Of a stretch of 64,000 nucleotides of DNA, positions 50,004 through 59,513 are shown one piece after another. Below the pieces are notes generated by a model. The model was not told where the DNA came from. It made no database searches and was given only the letters and a program-made list of their open reading frames with translations. A program made the position numbers and the translations under genes. Source of the DNA: a bacterium (lineage in GTDB: Bacteria; Zhuqueibacterota; Zhuqueibacteria; Residuimicrobiales; Krinioviventaceae); the NCBI GenBank assembly GCA_963693055.1, contig OY843751.1:4256001-4320000 (forward strand), given 5' to 3'. Every line of letters starts with the position of its first letter. The stretch's first letter is position 1.

Positions 50004-51401
50004 TTAATCCATCTCCAAAGCTTCATACGGGTTTACACAGGAAACGACAGACTTGACCTTGCCTCGTCCACCGCGGGGTATTTCATTCACATATTCAATT
50101 TCAATATTCATCGATTCACCGACGCGTTCTTCAACCTTTTGCCGCAGGTATTCATCATCTATTATTTCATATTGCTCATCCGGAATGATTCTCAGAACAA
50201 GCTCTTGCCGGTTGGGTTGATAGATTTGCGCCTGTAAAATGGAATCAATGCCTTTAAATACATGGTCCATTCTTCCTACAAGCCTTCCTTCCGGCGTTAC
50301 AATATAATCATCAATACGCCCTCCTATCGCAGACACTTGTGGATATTTTCTTCCGCACGGACAGGCTTCACTTTTATCAACTGTTACTACATCTCCGGTC
50401 CTATATCGAAACAACGGCATGGCCTTATTATTGAGACCGCTTGCAATGAGTTCGTATAAATTAGATGCCTGGTCTTTAATAGGTAACAGTTCAACAATCC
50501 CATACTCGGGAATTATATGATACCTGCCATGCTCACAGGTATGGATAGCCGCTACCCGCTCGGCGTGACCATAATAATCAAATATCTTACACTCGAATAT
50601 CTTTTCTATAGTATGCCGCTGCTCAGGTGTCAAAGTCTCAGATGAGGTTAACACCGCTTTTAACGGGAACACCATACCTAAATTCTCTAGCATCCTTGCC
50701 AACACATAAATAGATGAAGGGTATCCATCCAACGCAACCGGCTTGTATCGTTTGAGTGCATCAATATAATGACCGGTATGGTTTATAGACAAATGATACG
50801 AAGACATGATCAGCCTGTTATCGGCTTTACTCAATAACCAGCATTTTCGATTATTGGCAATTGCCGATGGTAAAATATCTCCCTTGAGAATTCCTATACG
50901 TTCCCGGGGATGTATACCGGCCCATTGGTACTGACGCATAATAACCGCATGCTCAAAACCAATATTTGAAAGGTTTCGGTACAACGTTAAGGGAGTACCA
51001 GAGGTACCGCTTGTATAACACTTGTACAATAAAAACTTTTTATAATGTCTGGACACAAACCGTGCCGGTGCTTGCTGAACATATTCCTTTTCAACAACCG
51101 GAAGCTGGTACATATCATCGGTCGTCCAAATCTCATCGATCGAGTCTTTATTTTGTTTAAAAAAATCTTTATAAAAAGGTACATACTGAAATGCACTGTG
51201 TAAATATCTTTTAAATTTTTTATTCTGGTATTCGGTCAACTCGTCCAAAGACCACCATTGCGATTTTTCCAAAAATGCTGAATATCGGCGATATGGCGCA
51301 AGTCTGCGTTTCACCCAGACATGGCGCAATGCATTGATCTGTAATCCGATATTTTGTTTTTTTCCAAACATTCCTGTCAACCTGTTACGCGTCCCATGCA
51401 T
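50004..51401 (-). CDS. Phenylacetate-CoA ligase-family (CapK-like) adenylating enzyme
   Basis: TSGTSGTP P-loop, GYPSS, SSETL, YGHAE, MPLFRYRTGD, GRIDD. Confidence 0.88.
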   Translation of the reverse strand: MHGTRNRLTGMFGKKQNIGLQINALRHVWVKRRLAPYRRYSAFLEKSQWWSLDELTEYQNKKFKRYLHSAFQYVPFYKDFFKQNKDSIDEIWTTDDMYQLPVVEKEYVQQAPARFVSRHYKKFLLYKCYTSGTSGTPLTLYRNLSNIGFEHAVIMRQYQWAGIHPRERIGILKGDILPSAIANNRKCWLLSKADNRLIMSSYHLSINHTGHYIDALKRYKPVALDGYPSSIYVLARMLENLGMVFPLKAVLTSSETLTPEQRHTIEKIFECKIFDYYGHAERVAAIHTCEHGRYHIIPEYGIVELLPIKDQASNLYELIASGLNNKAMPLFRYRTGDVVTVDKSEACPCGRKYPQVSAIGGRIDDYIVTPEGRLVGRMDHVFKGIDSILQAQIYQPNRQELVLRIIPDEQYEIIDDEYLRQKVEERVGESMNIEIEYVNEIPRGGRGKVKSVVSCVNPYEALEMD

Positions 51402-51665
51402 GCCACAATTTACATCATCCTGCTAAAACTCAATTACAATATTGAGGCACACAGTAAACACTTTTTGAAACCATAACTGCCGCATTTTACGGCAGTTAAA
51501 AATTTAAGCCAAATAAAAACAAATACTTATAATAAAACCATTATTTCTATTCAACATGCAATCATACTTGCTTTTTCAAAAGTTATGCCAAAAACAAAAT
51601 AGGAAATAATGCAAAATACGTCAATAACTATATTACTTTTAGCAAAAATATAAAAATTATATATC

Positions 51666-51694
51666 TTGACATTCTGAATTAGCATGGTTAATTT
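51666..51694 (+). promoter_or_regulatory. Possible sigma-70 promoter for the GT2-alr unit
   Basis: TTGACA-N17-TAATTT, 22 nt upstream of the ATG at 51717. Confidence 0.35.
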
Positions 51695-51716
51695 TATTCC
51701 AAAAACAACAAAAGGT

Positions 51717-52373
51717 ATGAATAGCATTCCCCAAATATCCATAATTATGCCGGTATATAACCGAAAAAGTCTGATCAACAGGGCCATTGATTCAATCATG
51801 GAACAGACCCTGACAGATTGGGAACTGCTCATTATAGATGACGGAAGTACTGATGGTTTGGAATCTCTTGTTTTTCCTCTTGTTGAAAAACACCGCAATA
51901 TTCGCTACAGCAGGCACAGCAATCGTGGTGTGGCGCTGACCCGCAATCTCGGCATATTGGCAGCACAGGGAGAGTTTATTACATTTCTGGATTCAGACGA
52001 TGAATTCAAACCCGATCACCTACAGTTGCGTTATAATTACATGAAACAACATCCCGAAACAGACCTCCTGCACGGAGGTGTGGAACTGGTTGGCCCGCCT
52101 GATACACATTATGTTCAGGACGCCTTTGATCCCAACAAAAAAATTCATCTCAGTGAATGTTATATCGGCGCGACAATTTTCGGGAAAAAAGCGGTCATGC
52201 AGCACGAAGGTGGCTTCAAAGCACTGCCCTACTCTTCCGAATCTGAATTTATACCCAGAATTATGAAACATTTTACAGTTAATAAAGTTAATTATCCTAC
52301 ATACATCTATTATACAGGACTTGAAGACAGTATCTGCACCAGGAAGCAAAAAGGAAAAAACAACAGGTCATGA
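51717..52373 (+). CDS. Glycosyltransferase family 2
   Basis: ISIIMPVYN, IIDDGSTD, RNLGI, FLDSDD. The ORF is open from 51684. Confidence 0.9.
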   Translation: MNSIPQISIIMPVYNRKSLINRAIDSIMEQTLTDWELLIIDDGSTDGLESLVFPLVEKHRNIRYSRHSNRGVALTRNLGILAAQGEFITFLDSDDEFKPDHLQLRYNYMKQHPETDLLHGGVELVGPPDTHYVQDAFDPNKKIHLSECYIGATIFGKKAVMQHEGGFKALPYSSESEFIPRIMKHFTVNKVNYPTYIYYTGLEDSICTRKQKGKNNRS

Positions 52374-53560
52374 ACAAACAAAGCCAATCCTTGTTTGACG
52401 AAAACATACTTCGCCCGGCTTGGATCGAGATCGATCTGGATGCCATAAAACACAATTATCAACAGATCCGAAACCATCTGCAAACCCAAATACTCGCTGT
52501 AGTCAAAGCCGATGCCTACGGCCTGGGTGCGGTCCAAATCTCCAGAACCCTGGAAAGCGCCGGTGTAGATCGTCTGGGCGTTGTAATGCTGGACGAAGCA
52601 GTAGAGTTACGAAATGCAGGCATACAAACACCCATCGTAAATATGGGTTCATTTCTTGCGTCTTTGGCTCCCCTTGTTGTAAAACACGATATTGAACAAG
52701 TTGTTTACAAAGTGGATGATGCCCTGGCACTTTCAAATGCCGCAGTTAAAGCAAACAAAACTTTGCCCATTCATTTCAAAATTGATACCGGCATGTCCCG
52801 GTATGGAGTTCATTTTTCTCAGGCTGTAGACACCTTATTAAAAATCTCCTCTTTTCCCAATCTCGAGATCAGGGGAATCATGACCCATTTTCCCGTTTCA
52901 GATGCAATAGACAAAAGCTTTGCTCTGCTGCAGATTGAACGCATAAAACATATTAAAAAGCAACTGGATGCTCGCAATATCAACATTCCTATCTGGCACA
53001 TGGCAAACAGCGGCGCCACGCTGGATATACCCGCATCTCACTTGAACATGGTGCGAGTTGGGCTCATGTTCTATGGTTATTACCCCTCTGAAGATGTTGT
53101 CAGGCCCTATGATCTTAAACCCGCCATGAGCTTGAAAGCAAAAATTGTCAATGTCAAAAACATTTCCCGTGGAGATACGGTTGGCTATGGCCGCAGATTT
53201 CTGGCAGAAAAAGAAGAGCGCATAGGTATTTTACCTATGGGCTATTCCGACGGTTATGATCGCAAAATTGGTCGTAACGGTGGTGAGGTGCTGATACATG
53301 GCAAGCGCGTGCCCATAATCAGCGGATTGTGCATGGATGCGTTTTTCATCAAGCTTACCGATTTCCCCGAGGTCCATGAAGGAGATACGGTCGTGGTCAT
53401 GGGATTTGATAAAGATAAAGAAATTTCTCCCCATGAAATTGCAACAAAAACCGGTTCGGTCTCGTATGAGGTCATATCAAATTTTAATAAAAGATTGCCA
53501 AGGGTTTATTTGCAAAATGGTGAAATAACCGAAATCAAAAATTACCTGATCAATCATTAA
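52370..53560 (+). CDS. alr: Alanine racemase
   Basis: AVVKADAYG PLP-lysine motif, KIDTGMSR, VGYG, GYSDG, CMD, SYEV. Confidence 0.96.
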   Translation: MNKQSQSLFDENILRPAWIEIDLDAIKHNYQQIRNHLQTQILAVVKADAYGLGAVQISRTLESAGVDRLGVVMLDEAVELRNAGIQTPIVNMGSFLASLAPLVVKHDIEQVVYKVDDALALSNAAVKANKTLPIHFKIDTGMSRYGVHFSQAVDTLLKISSFPNLEIRGIMTHFPVSDAIDKSFALLQIERIKHIKKQLDARNINIPIWHMANSGATLDIPASHLNMVRVGLMFYGYYPSEDVVRPYDLKPAMSLKAKIVNVKNISRGDTVGYGRRFLAEKEERIGILPMGYSDGYDRKIGRNGGEVLIHGKRVPIISGLCMDAFFIKLTDFPEVHEGDTVVVMGFDKDKEISPHEIATKTGSVSYEVISNFNKRLPRVYLQNGEITEIKNYLINH

Positions 53561-53578
53561 TTTTTTGAATATATCGGA

Positions 53579-56467
53579 GTGTATATGAATATTAACAAAC
53601 CGGCTTTACTGGTCCTGCTGCTCTCTGTCTGTTCGTGGGCCGGAAACGGGTTCTACTCTTATTATAATGGACGCAACCATCCTGAATTAAAATGGCAGGT
53701 TATCGAAACCGAACACGCCAAAATCATGTACCATCAGGGTCTGGAAGATGAGGCTAAACAAGCGGCAAAAGCCGCCGAGGTTTGCTATGGCCCCATTACC
53801 CAAAATCTGGATCATGAACCGCCCAACAAAATCCCCATTTTTATCTCAGATCAGGATGATATCACAAATGGCTTTTCAGTAGCCAACAAGTTTATTGCCA
53901 TTTGGGTCAATGTGAATGATTATACCGACTGGACTACCGGAAGCGACAAATGGATACGTATGGTAATTGGGCACGAAATGGTTCACTATATTCATTTTTC
54001 AGCAATCAATACCTGGATGGGGCTGGTAGGCTTTGGATTTAGCGGAACACCGAGTTGGTTTCTGGAAGGAATGGCCCAATACGAGTCCGAGACCTGGAAC
54101 GTTCATCGCGGAGATCTATTGCTGCGTACCGCTGTTATAGAGGATGAAATGGATTTCAACTCGGGCAAATGGATCACCAACGGTCGACTCATGTATGCCG
54201 AAGGGAATTCCATTGTGCGCTATATTGCAGACCAGTATGGTGACAGTACCCTGGTGAAAATCCTGAATGAACGCCAAAAGACCCTGTGGATTCCCCGTTA
54301 TAGTTTTACGGCTTCGTTCAAAAAAGCGCTGGATCTTGACTCTTTTGATGAATTTTATCGTGAATGGCGCCGCCATGTTAATATTTATTACAACACCTAT
54401 TATGGCCAAAAAGAAGATATCAACGACTATGCAAAATCTCTTGATCTGCCCCTGGTATACATTAAAGGCCTGCAAATATCACCCAATGAAGAATGGCTGG
54501 CAGTATCTGGCATTACTGACCTCAATGAACCGTTAAATAAACTCTGTATTGTAAAAAATGATTCTACAAAAGAAACGCACATATTGGTACAGAGCAATGC
54601 CGGCAATCATTTTTCTTTTTCACCTGACGGATCACACATCGCATACTCCCGTATCCGTCGCGGCGAGCATGGATCATTACAGAACGACCTGTTTATAACC
54701 GATCTGGATGGTAACAGCAAGCGTATAACTAAAGACGCCGGTGCTGAACAACCGGATTGGTCTCCCGATGGTGCAAAACTGGTTTGCATCAAAGAAGATA
54801 AAGGCACCACAAACTTGTATACCCTGGCGCCAGATGGCTCCAATTTCCAACAACTCACACATTTTTCAGGGGATGTACAACTCCAAACCCCGCGCTGGTC
54901 ACCTGATGGCAAATCCATTATCGCTACTATCTTTGACGAAAGCGGAAAACGAGACATTGCCCTGATAGATGCGGAAACCGGCAGTATGATAAAGCTCACC
55001 CACGATGAAGATGACGACCGATCGCCGGTCTGGTCCCCGGACGGAAACAATGTCGCATTTACCAGTTATCGCGGCGGTACGCCCGATGTTTATACCGTAC
55101 CTGTAAATGCAACTGCTTCTGAAAGTATAGGCATTCGTCAGGTTACGGATGTTCCCGGTGGTCTTTACAGCGTCGATTGGGTTCAGGACAGTCTGGTAAC
55201 CATTCTGAATGATTCCCGTCGTAAAACCGTTGTTATGAAACTGTCTCCCGACCGTGAACCGGAATCCATGCCGCTGAACATCAATCCACGCTACACGTCG
55301 TGGATGACGCACAGACCACCGCATGATATTCCCCCACTGGATATAAAAGACCAAGATGACCCGGTTATTCTGAAACAGTATAAATACAGTCCCTTAAAAA
55401 ATATTCAGCATTATATGACCATCCCGTTCCCGGCAACCCTCAACAACTCGTGGGGCTTTTATTTCATGACCTATTGGTCTGAACCGCTGGTAAAACACAA
55501 TTTTACCGGGTTTGGTTTTTTTGATGTGGAACAACCGCAAGACAGTCGTCTTTTTGTTTCATATATTAACAAGACCTTTTACCCCACAATCCATACAACA
55601 CTGCTGCGTATGCCGTCTACCGGCCAGATCATTGATGACAAACTGCTGGTTGAAGAAACAGTTGGAGGCGTAATAGACATTGAATTCCCTCTTGATTTTG
55701 GAGGCAATCTCTATTCGAACCATACTTTTTCTGTTAACGGCCAATGGCTAAAAAATGATCCCTATGATGTTGAGGAATTCAAAAATTCAGTGATTCCGGT
55801 TGAAAAAAACACAATTGGTGAATTTGGTTTTGCTTACACCTGGAAAAAGCAGCGACCCAACTATAACAATATCATCCATCCCTCTCAGGGTATGGGATTT
55901 CAAGTACAGGCCTCATTCGCGGATAAAAAATGGAACAGTGACCTGACTTATAAACACGCCCTGGCAGACGGTTATGTCAACATTCCCTTTCCCGATGAAA
56001 GCAGTATTCTCTATATACGCGCCAAAGGTGAAGCGGCAGATGGCAGATTGCCGTCTCAACACTTTATCGGATTCGACAAGTATGATCAACCCGATTTTGG
56101 TATGGGACTCAAATTCTCCGAGCGCGAACGGCTGCGTGGTATTAAACAATACCTGTTTGGTGATCGTTTGTGGATGGCCACTGTAGAATACCGCATGGAT
56201 TTGGTTCCGGATCTGGGCTGGCAGGCAGCAGGAGTAAGACTGGGACGCGTAACCCTGGCAGGGTTTGCGGATTTTGGTTCTACCTGGCTTAACGGAGAAA
56301 CCTCATTGAGTGACGCGGACATTCACAAAACCTACGGCATTGAATTTAAAAATGCAGTAAATTTTGGTGGGTTCGTTTTCGCACATGAATACGGCTGGGC
56401 TTGGCTCTGGGATGAGGACAAAGATGCGGAAGCATACTATCGGATCCGCGCGGTTGTACCGTTCTAA
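53579..56467 (+). CDS. Outer-membrane protein: HExxH metallopeptidase-like domain, PD40/TolB propeller and Omp85-like barrel
   Basis: Signal peptide, HEMVH..PSWFLEGMAQY, repeated WSPDG, LRG loop motif and EYR in the C-terminal strands, terminal Phe. Confidence 0.8.
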   Translation: MYMNINKPALLVLLLSVCSWAGNGFYSYYNGRNHPELKWQVIETEHAKIMYHQGLEDEAKQAAKAAEVCYGPITQNLDHEPPNKIPIFISDQDDITNGFSVANKFIAIWVNVNDYTDWTTGSDKWIRMVIGHEMVHYIHFSAINTWMGLVGFGFSGTPSWFLEGMAQYESETWNVHRGDLLLRTAVIEDEMDFNSGKWITNGRLMYAEGNSIVRYIADQYGDSTLVKILNERQKTLWIPRYSFTASFKKALDLDSFDEFYREWRRHVNIYYNTYYGQKEDINDYAKSLDLPLVYIKGLQISPNEEWLAVSGITDLNEPLNKLCIVKNDSTKETHILVQSNAGNHFSFSPDGSHIAYSRIRRGEHGSLQNDLFITDLDGNSKRITKDAGAEQPDWSPDGAKLVCIKEDKGTTNLYTLAPDGSNFQQLTHFSGDVQLQTPRWSPDGKSIIATIFDESGKRDIALIDAETGSMIKLTHDEDDDRSPVWSPDGNNVAFTSYRGGTPDVYTVPVNATASESIGIRQVTDVPGGLYSVDWVQDSLVTILNDSRRKTVVMKLSPDREPESMPLNINPRYTSWMTHRPPHDIPPLDIKDQDDPVILKQYKYSPLKNIQHYMTIPFPATLNNSWGFYFMTYWSEPLVKHNFTGFGFFDVEQPQDSRLFVSYINKTFYPTIHTTLLRMPSTGQIIDDKLLVEETVGGVIDIEFPLDFGGNLYSNHTFSVNGQWLKNDPYDVEEFKNSVIPVEKNTIGEFGFAYTWKKQRPNYNNIIHPSQGMGFQVQASFADKKWNSDLTYKHALADGYVNIPFPDESSILYIRAKGEAADGRLPSQHFIGFDKYDQPDFGMGLKFSERERLRGIKQYLFGDRLWMATVEYRMDLVPDLGWQAAGVRLGRVTLAGFADFGSTWLNGETSLSDADIHKTYGIEFKNAVNFGGFVFAHEYGWAWLWDEDKDAEAYYRIRAVVPF

Positions 56468-56630
56468 AAAATAGAAAAACACGGACCCCGAGTATCCACC
56501 ATAAATGGATGTATAAAAGGGCGGTGTCCTGAGCTTATAGATAGACATTCAAATATACTTTTCCACTAAAATTTTAGTGGTATATAAAAACTTTACCTAG
56601 TGAATGATTATAAAAATAAAGGAACACACC

Positions 56631-57722
56631 ATGTCAACCATAAAACGAGTAGGCGTTCTCACCGGCGGTGGTGACTGTCCCGGACTTAATGCGGTCATCC
56701 GTGCGGTAACCAAAGCATTGATAACCAAATATGGTATAGAAGTCATTGGTATTGAAGATGGATTCGAAGGTCTGGTACACAATCGTATGCGCAATCTCAC
56801 ATATGATGCGGTATCCGGCATACTTCAAAGCGGTGGCACAATCCTGGGTACATCAAACAAGGCCAATCCCTTTAGCTATCCTGTGGAAGAAAATGGCAAC
56901 TCTGTGCTCAAAGACCTGAGCGACCAATCCATTGAAAACGCTAAAGCAGCCGGTATGGATGCCCTGGTCTGCATTGGCGGTGACGGTACTATGACAATTG
57001 CAAGCCAGTTGATAGAGAAAGGGCTGCCGCTGATTGGTGTTCCCAAAACCATTGATAACGATCTGTATGGTACTGATGTTACCTTTGGATATGATACAGC
57101 CGTATCCATTGCCGCGGAAGCAATTGACCGCATCCATACAACCGCCCAGTCCCATCACCGTGTGATGCTGGTAGAGATCATGGGCCGCTATGCAGGATGG
57201 CTCACCCTTGGCGCGGGTATTGCCGGCGGCGCAGATGTAATCATCATCCCCGAGATTGAATACAATCTCGATGCAATATGCGATGTTGTAGTCAAACGCA
57301 GCAAAAAAGGCCGCCGGTTCAGCATTATAGCAGTGGCAGAAGGTGCAAAACCGCAAGGCGGCGAACTGACTGTCAGCCGTGTGGTTAAGGACAGTCCCGA
57401 AGCTCTCAGACTTGGCGGTATTTCCGTCAAGCTGGGCAACGATATTGAAGATCAAACCGGACTCGTAACCCGTGCAACCATTCTGGGCCATTTACAGCGT
57501 GGCGGTACACCCACCGCATATGACCGTATTCTTTCTTCAAGATACGGCGTAGGTGCCGCGGACCTCATCGGCTCAGGCAACCTGAACCGCATGGTAGCCC
57601 TGCAAGGCAACGAGATCACCTCTGTGCCCATTACAGATATTGGCGGCAAAACCCGCAAAGTAACAATGGATGATGAATTGATAGAGGTCGCTAAAAAAGT
57701 CGGCACCAATATGGGGATCTAG
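56631..57722 (+). CDS. pfkA: 6-phosphofructokinase (PfkA family)
   Basis: TGGGDCPGLNA, GGTILGT, IGGDGT, PKTIDND, EIMGR, LGHLQRGG. Confidence 0.96.
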   Translation: MSTIKRVGVLTGGGDCPGLNAVIRAVTKALITKYGIEVIGIEDGFEGLVHNRMRNLTYDAVSGILQSGGTILGTSNKANPFSYPVEENGNSVLKDLSDQSIENAKAAGMDALVCIGGDGTMTIASQLIEKGLPLIGVPKTIDNDLYGTDVTFGYDTAVSIAAEAIDRIHTTAQSHHRVMLVEIMGRYAGWLTLGAGIAGGADVIIIPEIEYNLDAICDVVVKRSKKGRRFSIIAVAEGAKPQGGELTVSRVVKDSPEALRLGGISVKLGNDIEDQTGLVTRATILGHLQRGGTPTAYDRILSSRYGVGAADLIGSGNLNRMVALQGNEITSVPITDIGGKTRKVTMDDELIEVAKKVGTNMGI

Positions 57723-57784
57723 ACCCGGATCCTGAGTTTCAACCACATGTGGAGTATCAAAATACGTTTCCATAATCTTTATAT

Positions 57785-57813
57785 GTAGGGAACGGTCTGA
57801 GACCATTCCCTAC
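57785..57813. repeat. REP-like palindrome GTAGGGAACGGTC-TGA-GACCATTCCCTAC
   Basis: GTAG/CTAC-ended near-perfect palindrome in intergenic DNA. Confidence 0.75.
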
Positions 57814-57847
57814 ACGGATTATACATCGTGCATCCGCCAATTATACT

Positions 57848-58150
57848 GCGTCCCAAACTCCGTAGACTGTGAAAATGGATCATTTAAAACATATTAATCT
57901 TGTTGAGCTTGAGAAAAGTCAGAATGGTGTGGAGTGCATTACCTTTATATAATGCGGGTCGTCGTAGACGGCCTCTACTCAACTATATTTGCATAAAAAT
58001 ATTAAACTTACATCACAACAATAAATTTATAATATTTGAAAAGTAGACGGGTTTAAATCGGACCTTCGGCCCGACGCATCGCATAAACGCGATGCACTCC
58101 AAAAACAAAATTATTTCTAGTTTTCTCACAACCTGTCCGGTTTGGGACGC
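57848..58150. repeat. REP-like target hairpin GCGTCCCAAAC-TCCG-GTTTGGGACGC split by MITE copy 2
   Basis: Arms 57848-57858 and 58140-58150 are perfect reverse complements; loop TCCG duplicated (57859-57862, 58136-58139). Downstream AATGATTACGCGAAACTCTGTTTC resembles AATGACTCACAAAACTCTGTTTT after site 1. Confidence 0.85.
57863..58135 (+). mobile_element. Non-autonomous IS1182-related MITE, copy 2 (273 bp)
   Basis: Ends TAGACTGTGAAAATGG and TTTTCTCACAACCTG; 4-bp duplication TCCG; interior from GTGGAGTGCATTAC onward aligns with copy 1 apart from scattered substitutions and a 20-nt indel. Confidence 0.85.
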
Positions 58151-58331
58151 CAATGATTACGCGAAACTCTGTTTCACAATACTGCCAAGTAATTAAAGTA
58201 TTACACCTAAAATGAGCCGCCCGATTCGCTCGATGAAACCGCCAATGGGCGGTCACGCGCGGATGAACATGGTTAAGAGCAGATCATCCTCAACATCCCA
58301 ATTACTAGTGATTGGCAATATCACTTAATTT

Positions 58332-58802
58332 TTACAGTGTCCCCTTTTTTTGATCTTTATCTACAACCGATATATCAATCACAATCCGTCCAAAACCACC
58401 ACATTGGACCCCAACATCAAAACATGACGCTCGATTAAATCGCATATGATTCGGATCTGCATTTGCAATCAACAGTTCTGTGACTGCAAAGATCTGTGGC
58501 ACAATTGCATTCAAAGCGTAAATACAGATTTTATTTGGACTTTTATTTGTCAATAAATTACCAAATCCATCAAAATAAAAATTATCACCAATATCGTGCT
58601 GACTGTTGCATCCACGCGATTCAACAACTTTTGCAATAATGATTTTATTCATCAATTGTGGGGCTTTATTCAACAGTACATCGTTTTTAGGATTTTCTTG
58701 AAACACTTGCATCTCTTTATTATTATACCCCAAACGTTTTTTCATGTATTTCCACTTGACCACATTCCACAATTTTGATTTCAAATCCACTTTTTCAACC
58801 AC
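58332..58802 (-). CDS. Hypothetical Cys-containing protein (possibly TIGR04076-like)
   Basis: 156-aa ORF; VVESRGC..H..GD.F, ICIYAL, CFDVG..CGG pattern. Confidence 0.6.
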   Translation of the reverse strand: MVEKVDLKSKLWNVVKWKYMKKRLGYNNKEMQVFQENPKNDVLLNKAPQLMNKIIIAKVVESRGCNSQHDIGDNFYFDGFGNLLTNKSPNKICIYALNAIVPQIFAVTELLIANADPNHMRFNRASCFDVGVQCGGFGRIVIDISVVDKDQKKGTL

Positions 58803-58837
58803 TTTTCAGAGTTAATCCCACTTCTTTTATACTATCA

Positions 58838-59362
58838 TCATTCCATCTTTTTATATATCTCATCAATTCGTTTTTTAGCATCCTTGTTTGAAGCGAGTAA
58901 GCCATACCCAATCATTTGAATTTCCCAATCGCCCGTAACATTATTTAAAACAAAATTAACAATACCAGGGCCTTCTTTATCAAATTCCACCTCGTAAACT
59001 AAATTGATATTTCGGGGATGCTCACCCCAATAAACAATATCTCCACCCCCAGCCATTAAATGATAATACTCTGCATAACCTTGATTGGGTTTATACGTTA
59101 TTATTTTTCCGAATTCATTATTAAATAACAATATGTGCTCTAAAACAGCTTCTTTATCTTTTTTCAACTCTTTATCAGTATATCCGGGTGGAAAGTGAAA
59201 CAATTCTAACGCGGAATCGAAATCTTGCTTTTGAATATTTTTCATGCAAGATTCACATAAACTAAAAAGCTCTTGTTGATTTATAACAAGATTTTGATAT
59301 TGTGCAAATAATAATTGTCCGAACAGTAAAAACAGTATAAAAAATATAAATTTTTTGTACAT
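58838..59362 (-). CDS. Hypothetical exported protein
   Basis: Signal peptide MYKKFIFFILFLLFGQLLFA; GGGGGAAG RBS. Confidence 0.7.
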   Translation of the reverse strand: MYKKFIFFILFLLFGQLLFAQYQNLVINQQELFSLCESCMKNIQKQDFDSALELFHFPPGYTDKELKKDKEAVLEHILLFNNEFGKIITYKPNQGYAEYYHLMAGGGDIVYWGEHPRNINLVYEVEFDKEGPGIVNFVLNNVTGDWEIQMIGYGLLASNKDAKKRIDEIYKKME

Positions 59363-59513
59363 ATCTTCCCCCTATGAGTTAATTATCATTATCACTTTCT
59401 ACAATGCCTGTTTAACGTAATAAAACTCGGATTTAATTGCGAATATTGGCTGCTACACTCTCAACAATCTTTTCTTTTTGTTCTCTACAGCTTTGTGGTA
59501 ATTGTAATTACAG

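Noticed and set aside
58053-58256. 67-aa minus-strand ORF
   Set aside because: Spans the MITE end and its target hairpin, so it is most likely a chance frame.
58201-59513. Integron cassette array
   Set aside because: No integrase in the window and no canonical RYYYAAC/GTTRRRY pair with complementary L boxes; only one weak candidate tract, reported as a low-interest finding.
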